DNA of 64,000 nt. It comes from Longimicrobiales bacterium (GTDB taxonomy: Bacteria > Gemmatimonadota > Gemmatimonadetes > Longimicrobiales > Gaopeijiaceae). A program made the position numbers and the translations under genes. Position 1 is the stretch's first letter. Each line of letters starts with the position of its first letter. Below, piece after piece: positions 37,791-48,411 of this stretch. The stretch is taken from NCBI GenBank assembly GCA_965219445.1, contig CBDCNQ010000003.1:192001-256000 (forward strand), given 5' to 3'. The notes under the pieces were generated by a model that did no database searches, had not been told where the DNA came from, and was given only the letters and a program-made list of their open reading frames with translations.

Positions 37791-38434
37791 AGGAGGCTCG
37801 CGGCCCAGCCTCCATCGACCCTCGTGAACAGAAGGCGATCGTGCAGCCGGTTCAGGCGTCCCTGCCAGAATTCGATGCGCTTGGGGATGAGGCGGTATCC
37901 TCCCCAAAAAGCGGGGGAAGGAACATCCTGGCCCTTGAAGCGCTGCTCGATCTCTATTCCCTCCCCCTCCAGCACCGAACGGCCCTCGAGTTCCTCACTC
38001 TGCCGGGACGTCCATGCACCGATCTGGCTTCCCCGGGATCGTGTGCGAAAGTACGCCGCAGATTCCTCGGAACCGACGCGCTCGACTGAACCCTCCACCC
38101 GGACCTGTCGCTCGAGCACCCGCCAGTACAACAGGAGGGAGGCGTTCGGATTCTCGTCCATTTCCTTGGCTTTGCGGCTCCCGTAGTTCGTGTAAAATAC
38201 GAATTCGTCCACGGCAAAGCTCTTGATAAGGACCATGCGAGACGAAGGAACGCCGTCCCGGTTGGCGGTCGCGAGGGAAGCCGCCTCCGGAAGGAGGATG
38301 CCAGACTCTTTCGCCTGTTCTAACCATTCACCGAACAGCTCTATGGGATCCCGGTCGGCGGTCGCCTCGGGCAACCCCTTCGTAACCCCCTGGCCCAGCG
38401 TGACAACGGACTTGATTGTTGATTTGATCGACAT
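37781..38434 (-). CDS. pdxH: Pyridoxamine 5'-phosphate oxidase
   Basis: LATA..PSSRMVL.K, FYTNYGSRK, RQVRVEG, FWGGYR, EFWQGR.NRLHDR. Confidence 0.95.
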   Translation of the reverse strand: MSIKSTIKSVVTLGQGVTKGLPEATADRDPIELFGEWLEQAKESGILLPEAASLATANRDGVPSSRMVLIKSFAVDEFVFYTNYGSRKAKEMDENPNASLLLYWRVLERQVRVEGSVERVGSEESAAYFRTRSRGSQIGAWTSRQSEELEGRSVLEGEGIEIEQRFKGQDVPSPAFWGGYRLIPKRIEFWQGRLNRLHDRLLFTRVDGGWAASLLYP

Positions 38435-38459
38435 GAATGAACGGTAGCGATGATGGGAT

Positions 38460-39035
38460 TCACACGGTAGACGCCATAAGAGCCGCGCTCGCCGCCGCCA
38501 CCTCCCAGAGGGGCTTCGGGGCGTCAGGCGGGTCCCTTGGTTCCCGGAGGCGTAGGGCCCACCACTCCACGTCGTGCCACCGTGTGGCCTTGAACCCGAC
38601 GTCCTGGAGTACGCCCACCGGCTTGAAGCCGAACTGTTCATGAAGGGCCACACTTGCGTCGTTCGGCAGGGCGATGCCCGCGAGGGCGTTGACGAATCCC
38701 TGGATGCGTAGGATTCCGAGCAGAGACGTGTAGAGGGCACTCGCGACACCCTTCCGCTGGGCTTCGGGACGGACGTACGCAGCAACCTCGACGGACCACT
38801 GGTAAGCCGACCGTGACCGGAATTCGGTCGCATATGCGTAGCCCAAGACGTGTCCGGCCTCGTCACAGGCAAGCCACGGGTAACGCTCAAGCGTGTTGCG
38901 GATGCGACCGGCCATTTCCAGCCTGGAAGGCACCACCTCTTCGAAGGAAATGGCCGTATCCGCAACGATCGGCCCGTATATGTCCAGAATTTGCGCGGTG
39001 TCGGTCTCGGCAGCGAATCGAATCGTCTGAGCCAT
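38460..39035 (-). CDS. GNAT N-acetyltransferase (phosphinothricin acetyltransferase-like)
   Basis: TAISFE, GYAYA, RSAY.WSVE, IALPNDASVALH, VGFK..WHDV. Confidence 0.9.
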   Translation of the reverse strand: MAQTIRFAAETDTAQILDIYGPIVADTAISFEEVVPSRLEMAGRIRNTLERYPWLACDEAGHVLGYAYATEFRSRSAYQWSVEVAAYVRPEAQRKGVASALYTSLLGILRIQGFVNALAGIALPNDASVALHEQFGFKPVGVLQDVGFKATRWHDVEWWALRLREPRDPPDAPKPLWEVAAASAALMASTV

Positions 39036-39067
39036 GTGGCTAGTGTAGTGTCGGCCCAGACGCCGTA

Positions 39068-40162
39068 CTAGGGTCGGTCCAGACGCCGTGCCTCCCGAAA
39101 GCTGATGAGGCGCCTGGAATCGTCGTCCCAGAGGGAAAGCCGCAACATCTTGATCCCGTCCCAGATCGTAATCCGAGTCACGTGCTGGAGCTCAGGATTC
39201 TCATCCAGGCATTCTTGGAGCCGATAGTTCGGAATTCGAGCGCTGAGGTGGTGGACGTGATGGATACCGATACTGGCGGTGATCCACTGGAGAGGCTTGG
39301 GGAGTACTAAATGAGAACTACCCTCGAGGGCCGCGTCGAAGTAGGACCAGCCGGCGTGTTCGTACCAGTACGTATCTTCGAACTGGTGCTGTACGTAAAA
39401 GAGCCACACGCCGACCATGGTCGTGAACAGCAGCACGGGGAGGTGAACTAGCACGGCTGCCTTGAGGCCAATCGTCAGTCCCAACAGCCCGACGATCGCC
39501 AAAAGCACCGCATTCGTCTTCCAGACGCTGGCCCATTCTCGCTTCCATCGCCTCGGGATATCCCAGGGAAAGCGGTGCTTGAAGGCGAACACGAATAGTC
39601 CCCCCACGCCCAGAAGCACGAGCGGGTTTCGGTAGAGGCGATAACGGAGGCGCCCGAGAAAAGGCTTTTCCCGATACTCCGCTACGGTGATCGTGTCGAC
39701 GTCACCGAGGCCCCGGAAACCCAGGTCACCGGAGTGAGCGTGGTGATAGGCGTGTGTCTTACGCCAATACCGGTACGGCGTAAGGGTCACCACGCCGAGC
39801 CAGAAGCCAACGAGGTCCGCGACCTTTTGAGACTTGAAAAACGATCCGTGACCGCAGTCGTGTTGGATCAGGAAGAGGCGCATTACAAAGCCGGCGGTCG
39901 GCACGGCGAGGATCAAGGTGAGCCAATAACCGACCGAAAGGGCACGGTAGGCCGCGTACCAAAGGACGAAGAAGGGAGCCGCAGACGTGAAGATCTGGGT
40001 CAGACTACGACGAAGGTCTGAGGCGCCGTACGGCCCTAGAATCTGGTGCCACTCCTGCGAAGTCTGTTCGGAGGGCCCTCCAGAGATCAGATTCTTGTAG
40101 AACTGTCCGTCCTCATTCTGCCGTTCCGCGAGTTCCTCTGGCGACCCCTCGTTGCGACCCAT
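39068..40162 (-). CDS. Acyl-lipid fatty acid desaturase
   Basis: His boxes HDCGH, HAYHH, HHVHH; WLFYVQHQFE. Confidence 0.93.
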   Translation of the reverse strand: MGRNEGSPEELAERQNEDGQFYKNLISGGPSEQTSQEWHQILGPYGASDLRRSLTQIFTSAAPFFVLWYAAYRALSVGYWLTLILAVPTAGFVMRLFLIQHDCGHGSFFKSQKVADLVGFWLGVVTLTPYRYWRKTHAYHHAHSGDLGFRGLGDVDTITVAEYREKPFLGRLRYRLYRNPLVLLGVGGLFVFAFKHRFPWDIPRRWKREWASVWKTNAVLLAIVGLLGLTIGLKAAVLVHLPVLLFTTMVGVWLFYVQHQFEDTYWYEHAGWSYFDAALEGSSHLVLPKPLQWITASIGIHHVHHLSARIPNYRLQECLDENPELQHVTRITIWDGIKMLRLSLWDDDSRRLISFREARRLDRP

Positions 40163-40950
40163 CAGAACCCGACCCCGAGAGCTGCGGGAAGCGTCGCCAC
40201 CGAATCCAGAACGAGATCGGGGCGAGGCATACTGGGGGCGAGTGTCCCCTCTTGGAAGCTGCCGGTTTTCACCAGGATCGCCGCGGCATCACAGGCGTGC
40301 GCTCCCGCCACGTCCGTCCCGGGATCGTCTCCCACGACCGCCAGATGGAACAGTTCCACTCCCATCGACTCAGCAGCGGCTTGAAAAAACATGGCACTCG
40401 GCTTGCCCGCTAGCGTGGCTTCCCGCCCGGTAGCGTATTCCAGGGCCGTGACGAATGTGCCTGCGTCCAACGCCAATCCCTCACCTGTGTCCCAATATCG
40501 GTTCCGCTGTAACGCGACGAACTCGGCACCTTCCATGATGTGGCGGAACACTCCGTTGAGCCGAGCGAAGTCCCAGCCCTTGCCGAGATCCCCTACCACG
40601 ACGGCCTGGGGGGACGTCTCGTTGACTTTGAAATGCCCGAAGTCGGCATGGGCGGCCTCGGGGACGCACAGAGACAAGTTCCAGAGGCCTTTTTTTTCGA
40701 GCCAAGCCGCCGCGGCGAGAGGAGCGGTGAAGACCTCCTCGGGCTCCACTTCGAGCCCCATTTCTTTCAGGCGAGCCACCAGGGCCGTACGCGACATCCG
40801 CGTAGTGTTGGTGCCGAACCTCAAAGGCAGGCCGCCACGCCGCAGCGCATCCACGGCATCAGCCGCTCCTGGGACCAGCCGGTCGCCGATGAAAATCGTG
40901 CCGTCCAAATCGAGCAAGACGCCTTGGATGTCTTCGAGCGGCTCTGACAT
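40162..40950 (-). CDS. HAD-IIA hydrolase (LHPP/HDHD2-like)
   Basis: DLDGT, TNTT, LDAG, GKPS, VGDD..DV.GA, VKTG. Confidence 0.9.
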   Translation of the reverse strand: MSEPLEDIQGVLLDLDGTIFIGDRLVPGAADAVDALRRGGLPLRFGTNTTRMSRTALVARLKEMGLEVEPEEVFTAPLAAAAWLEKKGLWNLSLCVPEAAHADFGHFKVNETSPQAVVVGDLGKGWDFARLNGVFRHIMEGAEFVALQRNRYWDTGEGLALDAGTFVTALEYATGREATLAGKPSAMFFQAAAESMGVELFHLAVVGDDPGTDVAGAHACDAAAILVKTGSFQEGTLAPSMPRPDLVLDSVATLPAALGVGF

Positions 40951-41183
40951 TTACATGTCCTCTTCTGGAAAGCTGTTGAAGAAGTACATCGGTGGGCACC
41001 AGGCAAGAAATCCCCAGCGCCACCGTCCCGGGTTGTGTGGGTGTGGCATCCGGTGGCGGCAGCGGAAGGTAGGCTCGAAAGAAATCGAGGTCCATGGTGT
41101 TCGCCGATCGGCACTTTCGTTCACCTGATCGTTGCCGTAATCTCCCGACCCTCGGACCTGCTCTACCCACCGACGGGGGATTG

Positions 41184-41672
41184 ATGACGCCGATCATCCG
41201 GAGCGTGCTCACCGTCCTGGGTGCGTTCTTCGTCGTGGCCGTGCTCGTGGGACTGACCACGGCGCTCGCCGCAGAGCTCATCTTGGGATCCACGGGGCCC
41301 GGTGCCGAACCGACCGCGCCGTTCTTGGTCGTCAACCTGACCTACAGCGTGCTATACGCAATCGTCGGTGGGTATGTTGCCGCAACGGTGTCGGACCACT
41401 CCCCGCTCGCACACGCTGCCGCCCTCTCCGTGTTCATGATGCTACTCGGGCTGACCACGTGGGTGATCAACGGCGGCCAGCCGGCACCCGGACAGCCCGT
41501 CTGGTATCCGTGGGTGATCACCTTAGTCGTCCCGCCCACCGCCGTTCTCGGGGGCATCCTGGTTACACGGCGCACCCGCTCGCCGACGTATTTCAGCAGG
41601 CGAGCACGCGAATCGGCGGGGCCCCATCAGGAGACCGAGTCGGACGGCCCTGAACTCAAAGGTCGCTCCTGA
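41184..41672 (+). CDS. 4-TM hypothetical membrane protein
   Basis: Four hydrophobic helices; GGYVAA, QPVWY. Confidence 0.75.
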   Translation: MTPIIRSVLTVLGAFFVVAVLVGLTTALAAELILGSTGPGAEPTAPFLVVNLTYSVLYAIVGGYVAATVSDHSPLAHAAALSVFMMLLGLTTWVINGGQPAPGQPVWYPWVITLVVPPTAVLGGILVTRRTRSPTYFSRRARESAGPHQETESDGPELKGRS

Positions 41673-42150
41673 GTGTCCGGCTCCAAGGCGGCCGCCTCCC
41701 CTCCCCCTCATCGTCGACTTCATCCTGTGGGCTCTCGTCCCACTCTCCATAAGATTCTTCGCCGACCGAAGACCGCCCGGCCGCGCCGCGGATCTCGGTA
41801 AGAATCTCGTCGAGCCGTCGCTCTGCGACAGCGATCTCCGCCTTCACATCGTCCTCATTGCGCACCCGCCTCTCCAAATCGACGGTCAGCCAGTTGAGCC
41901 GCCGAACCACATCCAGAAGCTGCATGACCTCGGAACGGAGGACGCCAAATTGTCGATTACGGATCGAGCGGTCCGGCAGAGCGTTGAGCATTGCGGCGAT
42001 CCCCAATCCGTCGGCCGCGTAGATGATGGGAAACAGGAGGAGCGCGGCGACCAAAACTCTAATCCACGGGATGATGTCGATGTACATTGCCGCCGCCCCC
42101 AAAACGAGACTGAGGAAAAGGACGACCACATGTCGCAGCTTGAAAGTCAT
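41656..42150 (-). CDS. Hypothetical protein (2 TM + helical domain)
   Basis: GAGG RBS; two N-terminal TMs; LRSEV..LLD.VRRLN. Confidence 0.75.
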   Translation of the reverse strand: MTFKLRHVVVLFLSLVLGAAAMYIDIIPWIRVLVAALLLFPIIYAADGLGIAAMLNALPDRSIRNRQFGVLRSEVMQLLDVVRRLNWLTVDLERRVRNEDDVKAEIAVAERRLDEILTEIRGAAGRSSVGEESYGEWDESPQDEVDDEGEGRRPPWSRTLRSDL

Positions 42151-42388
42151 GGACCTCGGGTCACCCCTGAGAGGGCTCCCAGTTAGTGTTTCTTCTCGCG
42201 GATTCCCGGTGAGGAATCCGAACGGAGTGACACTCTCTACCTTACTCGTGGAGCCCGTCTCACGCCAGAAAATATGTACGGTAAGAAAAACACCCTCGAG
42301 CCATGAGGCGGCGATATATTCGATCCAGCGACCCGAACTGAACGCTCGTACTTGTTTGAAAATCCATCAGCCCAGATGAGGTCAACCC

Positions 42389-43105
42389 ATGAAGACGACT
42401 TTGCCGAGAGGTGAGAGCTCAAAGAGGACAGTCCGCGTACGCCGCGATGGAACCACTCTTGCCTTGGTCCTGGCCCTTGCCGGCGCCGGATGCTCCGGTA
42501 TGAGCAACACACAGCGTGGAGCCCTGATCGGGGCAGGCGCTGGAGGGGCGGTGGGGGCCGTCGTCGGTAACGCAGCAGGTTCGACCACAAAAGGCGTGCT
42601 CATCGGTGCCGCAGTGGGAGGGGCAGCAGGCGCGATCATCGGGAGTCGAATGAACGACCGGGCCGAAACGCTGGCAAGGGACCTCCCGAACGCCACGATC
42701 GAGCGCGTGGGAGAAGGGATCCTCGTGACCTTCGACTCCGGCATCCTCTTCGGCTTCGACTCGTTTGCCCTTCGGCCGCAGGCTCGTAGCAACCTCGGGG
42801 ATCTGGCTGGCGTGCTAGCGGAAGACTCGGACGACTACGAGTTGCTCGTGGCGGGGCACACCGATAACTCCGGAGCCGAGTCTTACAACCAGACTCTCTC
42901 CGAAAGGCGAGCCTCGGCGGCTTCGGACTATCTGGCCACCCACGGGATCCCACACACACAGATCCGCACCCAGGGCCTCGGCGAGATGGAGCCCATGGCC
43001 TCGAACGAGACCCCATCGGGTCAGGAGACCAACCGGCGGGTCGAGGTCGCGATCTTCGCGAGCGCTGAATACCGCGATGAGGCAATCCGGCAAGCCCGAA
43101 ACTGA
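42389..43105 (+). CDS. OmpA-family lipoprotein with glycine zipper (YiaD-like)
   Basis: GAGC lipobox, GA repeats, GHTD, NQTLSERRA, NRRVEV. Start uncertain. Confidence 0.92.
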   Translation: MKTTLPRGESSKRTVRVRRDGTTLALVLALAGAGCSGMSNTQRGALIGAGAGGAVGAVVGNAAGSTTKGVLIGAAVGGAAGAIIGSRMNDRAETLARDLPNATIERVGEGILVTFDSGILFGFDSFALRPQARSNLGDLAGVLAEDSDDYELLVAGHTDNSGAESYNQTLSERRASAASDYLATHGIPHTQIRTQGLGEMEPMASNETPSGQETNRRVEVAIFASAEYRDEAIRQARN

Positions 43106-43156
43106 TACTGCCCCCCCTCGGAGCGGGAGGCCTCGGCTATCTCGCTCCGGCCGGTT

Positions 43157-43396
43157 CTAGCCGGACCACGGAGGTGGGCTCGCCCCCTCCGGCTCATCTT
43201 CGGCGCGAGCTTCCATCACTCGTCGTATGCCATAGATCGCGAGACATGCCAACGCCACCGCAAGCCCGATCTTGAGCCACATGGTTAGAACTCCAAGGAT
43301 CCAGGCAATCACCGGAGCCATGAGAATCTGAAGAATCTTCCACAGGATGACGCCGGCGATTCCCGTAAGGGCAACGGGGGCAAGAGATTTCATCAT
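43157..43396 (-). CDS. Small membrane protein
   Basis: GAGGA upstream; two hydrophobic helices. Confidence 0.7.
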   Translation of the reverse strand: MMKSLAPVALTGIAGVILWKILQILMAPVIAWILGVLTMWLKIGLAVALACLAIYGIRRVMEARAEDEPEGASPPPWSG

Positions 43397-43718
43397 TTCG
43401 TCTTTCCTCGAAAACCTGATTCCTATCAGCTTTTACAAAGCGTAGGCCTCCCTTGTTTCAGGCGGCCGTGATGGTCATGGGGCTTGCCCAGCCCGTGCTT
43501 CGAAAGTGCTGGGCGCCCGGCCGTCTTGCGACCCCGAATGAACTCTTGCTAATGTGCCGAAGCGATACGCGGTTCTCACCCCACGCGCGCCCTGGTCCCG
43601 GTCTCTCGACGGACTCTCACGGACGAGTGTGGACGCTGAAACGCCCAGAGGCAAGCGAGACGACCGGGACGGACCCAGATCGCCCGAAAATCCCATCGCG
43701 GCCCAGCGAGGCGCCACC

Positions 43719-44702
43719 ATGAGCGAAACCCCGGCCAACACAGATGCGCTCCGCGTTCCAGGGATCCATCACGTTACCGCGATTTCGGGGCCTGCACAGC
43801 AGAACGTGGATTTCTACGCGGACCTCCTCGGACTCCGTACGGTCAAGCAAACCGTGAATTTCGACGATCCGGGGACGCACCACCTTTACTACGGCGACCA
43901 GTCCGGGACACCGGGCACCGCAATGACCTTCTTTCCCTGGGAGCACGCAGCCCAGGGTGCGCCCGGATCGGGTGTCACCGAAGCGACCGGCTTCTCGGTG
44001 CCCCCCGGGTCACTCGAGTTCTGGGCCGACCGCCTCGAAGCCGCGGGCGCGTCGCCGAGGGAGGTGACCACTCGATTCGGCGAGGAGTCACTTCGCTGTG
44101 AGGATCCCGATGGGTTGGTTTTCGAACTCGTGGCGGGGCCCGCCACACGCGAGACATCGGCAGGCCGCCCCGTTCATGCAGATGTTCCCGCGGAGTTCGC
44201 CATTCGCGCCTTCCACGGCGTGCTTCTCGATGTGATGGACCCGGACCCAACGGCGAGGCTCCTGACGGACGTCATGGGCTTCGAGCACGTCGGCGAATAT
44301 GGTGGACGGCTCCGTTTCAGGGGTAATGAGCAAGACGTCGGCTCGATCGTGGACCTGCGTTCCGCCGGGTCAGGGGCGATGCCGCGGATGGGACGAGGTA
44401 GCGTCCACCATGTGGCCTTCCGCGCCCGGGACGACGATGAGCAACAGTCCTGGAGGGAGACGGTCGCCGGCACGGGTATCCCGGTGACAACGGTCAAGGA
44501 CCGCTGCTACTTTCGGTCCATCTACTTTCGGGAGCCTGGCGGCGTTCTCTTCGAGATCGCGACCGATACGCCCGGGTTCGGAGTCGACGAATCCCCTATG
44601 GAGCTCGGGCGGAGCCTCAAACTCCCTCCCTGGTTCGAAGCCCGCCGGGAGGAGCTAGAGGCACGGCTTCCGGTGCTCATCCTCCCCGACGAACGTCCGT
44701 GA
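43719..44702 (+). CDS. Ring-cleaving dioxygenase (MhqO/MhqA-like VOC)
   Basis: GIHHVTAI, KQTVNFDDP..HLYYGD, VHHVAFR, DR.YF.SIYFREPGGVLFEIATD. Confidence 0.93.
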   Translation: MSETPANTDALRVPGIHHVTAISGPAQQNVDFYADLLGLRTVKQTVNFDDPGTHHLYYGDQSGTPGTAMTFFPWEHAAQGAPGSGVTEATGFSVPPGSLEFWADRLEAAGASPREVTTRFGEESLRCEDPDGLVFELVAGPATRETSAGRPVHADVPAEFAIRAFHGVLLDVMDPDPTARLLTDVMGFEHVGEYGGRLRFRGNEQDVGSIVDLRSAGSGAMPRMGRGSVHHVAFRARDDDEQQSWRETVAGTGIPVTTVKDRCYFRSIYFREPGGVLFEIATDTPGFGVDESPMELGRSLKLPPWFEARREELEARLPVLILPDERP

Positions 44703-45346
44703 AAGACGATCCTCACAGAGGGAGTGAGGAGGTTCGGTTCGGTCCGTCGCTTGAAGAGGCCGAGAGCGCAGTCGTTCTGATCCATGGTCGAGGCGACAGC
44801 TCCCGGGGCATTCTTACCCTGGCACCGGAGCTCCAAGCGCCACGAACGGCGTTTGTCGCTCCACAGGCAGTGGGCTTTTCGTGGTACCCCTTCAGCTTTC
44901 TGAGCGAGGTCGAATCGAACGAGCCTTGGCTCTCTTCGGCTCTCGACCGGGTCGAGGCGGCCGTCGCTAGCGTCGCCACGGTCATTGGGGAGAGCCGAGT
45001 CGTCCTCCTGGGCTTCTCTCAAGGAGCGTGCCTGGTTCTCGAGTTCGCGGCCCGAAATACACGGCGGTACGGAGGCTTGGTCGCGTTTTCGGGAGGGCTC
45101 ATCGGACCTGACGGTACGCCGCGTGACTACCCTGGGTCCCTGGAGGGTACGCCGGTCTTCCTGGGCTGCAGCGACGTCGACGCGCACGTTCCGGTGGGCC
45201 GCGTCCATGAATCCGCGCAGGTTTTGGAGGATCTCGGCGGCGAGGTCGAGGAGCGGATCTATCCGGGTATGGGGCATACGATCAACGGAGACGAAATCGC
45301 TTGGGTCAGCAGGATGCTCACCTCCATCAGCGCTGAGAACCCTTGA
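44699..45346 (+). CDS. Phospholipase/carboxylesterase (MhqD-like alpha/beta hydrolase)
   Basis: HGRG, GFSQG, D.HVP, GMGH; GTGA overlap with the upstream gene. Confidence 0.9.
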   Translation: MKDDPHRGSEEVRFGPSLEEAESAVVLIHGRGDSSRGILTLAPELQAPRTAFVAPQAVGFSWYPFSFLSEVESNEPWLSSALDRVEAAVASVATVIGESRVVLLGFSQGACLVLEFAARNTRRYGGLVAFSGGLIGPDGTPRDYPGSLEGTPVFLGCSDVDAHVPVGRVHESAQVLEDLGGEVEERIYPGMGHTINGDEIAWVSRMLTSISAENP

Positions 45347-45487
45347 TACCGCCCAGTCCCAAACCGACCTGCGAGCTCTTTTTCACAAAAAGAGCTAGGT
45401 TTCCCGCCCAACTGACCGGTATACTTAAAGGACCGGTAGGTGCTCCGCACGAGGACGGCTGCTCATGTCATGTAGGGATGTAAAAGG

Positions 45488-45970
45488 GTGTTTACAGATA
45501 CAACCATCCTCGTTATCGAGGACAATCCCGATCACGTCGGGTTGATCGAGGCAGTGATCTCCCGCGGCCTCGGTGGAGCCCGGGTTCAGGTGGCTCTCCG
45601 CGGCCAGGGGGCTCGCCGGCATCTCCGCGGGGAATGGTCCGCATACGAGGACGACGGCAAAAACAACCCGGTCCCCGACTTGATCGTGTTGGATATCTCG
45701 CTACCGGATGGGAGCGGCTTCGACGTCCTCCGATGGATTTCGAGGCGTGATGAGCTCAAGAACATTCCCGTTATCGTGTTCACAGCCTCTACGGATCCCG
45801 AGCACGCCCGGATGGCGGAAGAGTACGGTGTCCGCCAATACCTCCAGAAACCCGCCGACCTCGGCGACTTGGTGGTGACAATCAAGGAGGCGCTACGGGG
45901 AGGGGCTGCGCCCCAAGCCCCCGGTACGACAGTTCGGCCACGGGCACAGTCCCCCCTCGCCGAGAATTGA
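45488..45970 (+). CDS. Stand-alone response regulator receiver
   Basis: IEDN, PDLIVLDISLP, IPVIVFT, KP. Confidence 0.9.
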   Translation: MFTDTTILVIEDNPDHVGLIEAVISRGLGGARVQVALRGQGARRHLRGEWSAYEDDGKNNPVPDLIVLDISLPDGSGFDVLRWISRRDELKNIPVIVFTASTDPEHARMAEEYGVRQYLQKPADLGDLVVTIKEALRGGAAPQAPGTTVRPRAQSPLAEN

Positions 45971-46031
45971 TATAGTTTCGGTGTTCCTTTGAGAAAGCGC
46001 GGCCCTTCGTGCCGTGACCTGAACGCTATCA

Positions 46032-47351
46032 ATGACGGGGGACACCCCGGTACTCATGACCCGCTCCGAAACGTTGACCCCGGCTCGGCCCCCCGAAGCC
46101 CCGGCATTCCACGTGGGCTCAGAGATCGGGCGTCTAAGAAAGGTTCTGGTCCACCGTCCGGACCTGAGCCTCGAGCGGCTCACACCTTCGAACGTGCAGG
46201 ACCTGCTCTTCGACGGTGTGCTGTGGGTGCGGAGAGCTCGGGAGCAGCACGATGTTTTCGTCGACCACCTCCGGGACCGGGGTGTCGAAGTCTACCTACT
46301 GCGAGACCTCCTTTCGGAGACACTCACGCTGAGCGAAGACGCTCGATGTGAGATCGTGCGGCACGTGGTCACCGAGTGGACCGTCGGGCCCTCCCTCCGT
46401 GATGAGATTCGAGCATATCTCCTGGAGATGAACCCGGACGATCTCGCGACCCACCTGATCGGCGGCCTCGAAAGGAGTGAGCTCGAGGGACTCGATCTCA
46501 CCCGCTCGCTGATGGCGCGGGCAGGCTTCGACGCGTCTTTCGTTCTTCCGCCGCTGCCCAATTCTCTTTTCACGAGGGATTCGTCGTCGTGGATCTACAA
46601 TGGCGTGACCCTGAATCCGATGTATTTCCCCGTGAGACGGTTGGAGACCGTGAACGTGGAGCTCATCTACAAGTATCATCCCCTGTTCGCAAAGGCGGAT
46701 TTCGAGATCTGGTATTCCCGCGATCAGAGGAGTGTGGATGCTCCCTTCGAGGATTTCGGAAGGGCCTCCCTGGAGGGCGGAGACGTCATGCCGATCGGCA
46801 ACGGTACCGTGCTGCTGGGCATCAGTGAGAGAACCACGGCGCGGACGGTGGAGCTCTTCGCAAAAAAGCTCTTCGAGGCGGGTGCCGTGGAACGTGTCAT
46901 CGCCTGTGACATCGGCCAGGACCGGGCGCATATGCACCTCGACACAGTGATCACGATGTTGGACGTGGACGCCGTGACCATCTACCCGCGGGTCGTGGAT
47001 CACATCACGGCTTTCAGCCTTCGCCCCTCGGACCGGGCCGGGGGCGGGATGGACATCACTCCCGAGAAAAGCTTCCTCGACGCGCTCAAGGACGCGTTAG
47101 AGGTGAGGCAGTTGAGGGTCGTAGGGACAGGAGGTGATGAGTTTCAAGCCCAGCGGGAGCAGTGGGACGATGGGAACAACCTCTTGGCCGTCGAACCTGG
47201 CGTGGTCGTAGCATACTCGAGGAATGAGTACACGAACACGAAGTTACGAAAGGCGGGTATCGAGGTGATTACGATTGACGGGTCTGAGTTGGGACGCGGG
47301 CGGGGCGGCGGCCACTGCATGACGTGCCCGCTGTTGAGAGACCCGGTCTAG
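46032..47351 (+). CDS. arcA: Arginine deiminase
   Basis: [50 protein letters not shown]. Confidence 0.97.
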   Translation: MTGDTPVLMTRSETLTPARPPEAPAFHVGSEIGRLRKVLVHRPDLSLERLTPSNVQDLLFDGVLWVRRAREQHDVFVDHLRDRGVEVYLLRDLLSETLTLSEDARCEIVRHVVTEWTVGPSLRDEIRAYLLEMNPDDLATHLIGGLERSELEGLDLTRSLMARAGFDASFVLPPLPNSLFTRDSSSWIYNGVTLNPMYFPVRRLETVNVELIYKYHPLFAKADFEIWYSRDQRSVDAPFEDFGRASLEGGDVMPIGNGTVLLGISERTTARTVELFAKKLFEAGAVERVIACDIGQDRAHMHLDTVITMLDVDAVTIYPRVVDHITAFSLRPSDRAGGGMDITPEKSFLDALKDALEVRQLRVVGTGGDEFQAQREQWDDGNNLLAVEPGVVVAYSRNEYTNTKLRKAGIEVITIDGSELGRGRGGGHCMTCPLLRDPV

Positions 47352-47394
47352 GATGCTGTCTGAAGCGCATCACGACGGAGGTAGGAGCTAACCC

Positions 47395-48399
47395 ATGACT
47401 GTGGAGCTGGGCCGGCGGAGCTTTCTCAAGCTCGACGACTTTACACCGGAGGAGATCAGGTACCTCCTGGACTTGGCGGCCGAGCTGAAAGCCGAGAAGG
47501 CCGAACGTCGGGAGCACCCACGTCTGGCCGGTAAGAATATTGCCCTGATATTCGAGAAGACCTCCACCCGGACGCGCTGTGCGTTCGAGGTGGCCTCCTT
47601 CGATCAAGGCGTCCGTGTTACGTATCTGGGGCCAAGCAGCGGATCCCAGATCGGGCACAAGGAATCGATCAAGGATACCGCCCGCGTGCTCGGCAGAATG
47701 TACGATGGTATCGAATACCGGGGATTCGGACAGGAGATCGTCGAGGAGTTGGACAGGTTTGCGGGTGTGCCGGTGTGGAATGGCCTGACCGACGAGTTCC
47801 ACCCCACTCAGGTGTTGGCCGACCTCCTCACAATGGAGGAGCACAGCCAGACGCCACTCTCGGAGGTCTCGTTCTGTTATCTGGGCGACGCCCGCAACAA
47901 CATGGGCAACTCACTGATGGTCGGGGGAGCCAAGATGGGCATGGATGTCCGGCTGGTGGCTCCCCAAACGTGCTGGCCGGAGGCGGATCTCGTCAGCCGG
48001 TGCCGGGAAATCGTCGAGTCCACGGGCGGAATACTCACGCTGACCGAGAGTGTGGAGGAGGGCGCCTCCGACGTGGACTTCCTCCACACGGACGTGTGGG
48101 TGTCGATGGGTGAGCCAGAAGCGAAGTGGACGGAGCGGATCGAGCTTCTGAGACCCTATCAGGTCAACGGGGATGTGATGGCCAAGACCGGGGATCCGCC
48201 GGCAAAATTTCTACACTGCCTGCCTGCCTTCCACGACAGGGAAACACGGGTGGGAGAGGAAATATTCGAGAAGTTCGGGCTGGATGGAATGGAAGTGACC
48301 GACGACGTGTTCGAGTCTGAACAATCGATCGTGTTCGACCAAGCAGAGAATCGGGTGCACACCATCAAGGCGGTGATGGTGGCGACGCTCGGGGGTTGA
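47395..48399 (+). CDS. arcB: Ornithine carbamoyltransferase (catabolic by context)
   Basis: [28 protein letters not shown]. Confidence 0.95.
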   Translation: MTVELGRRSFLKLDDFTPEEIRYLLDLAAELKAEKAERREHPRLAGKNIALIFEKTSTRTRCAFEVASFDQGVRVTYLGPSSGSQIGHKESIKDTARVLGRMYDGIEYRGFGQEIVEELDRFAGVPVWNGLTDEFHPTQVLADLLTMEEHSQTPLSEVSFCYLGDARNNMGNSLMVGGAKMGMDVRLVAPQTCWPEADLVSRCREIVESTGGILTLTESVEEGASDVDFLHTDVWVSMGEPEAKWTERIELLRPYQVNGDVMAKTGDPPAKFLHCLPAFHDRETRVGEEIFEKFGLDGMEVTDDVFESEQSIVFDQAENRVHTIKAVMVATLGG

Positions 48400-48411
48400 G
48401 CCGCGCCCCCC

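Noticed and set aside
38435..38965. 394-aa ORF suggesting a PdxH N-terminal fusion
   Set aside because: The extension is an alternate frame of the GNAT gene; PdxH similarity begins after ATG 38434.
45961..46035. TTGAT and ATCAA half-sites upstream of arcA as an FNR box
   Set aside because: They are about 55 bp apart, not 4.
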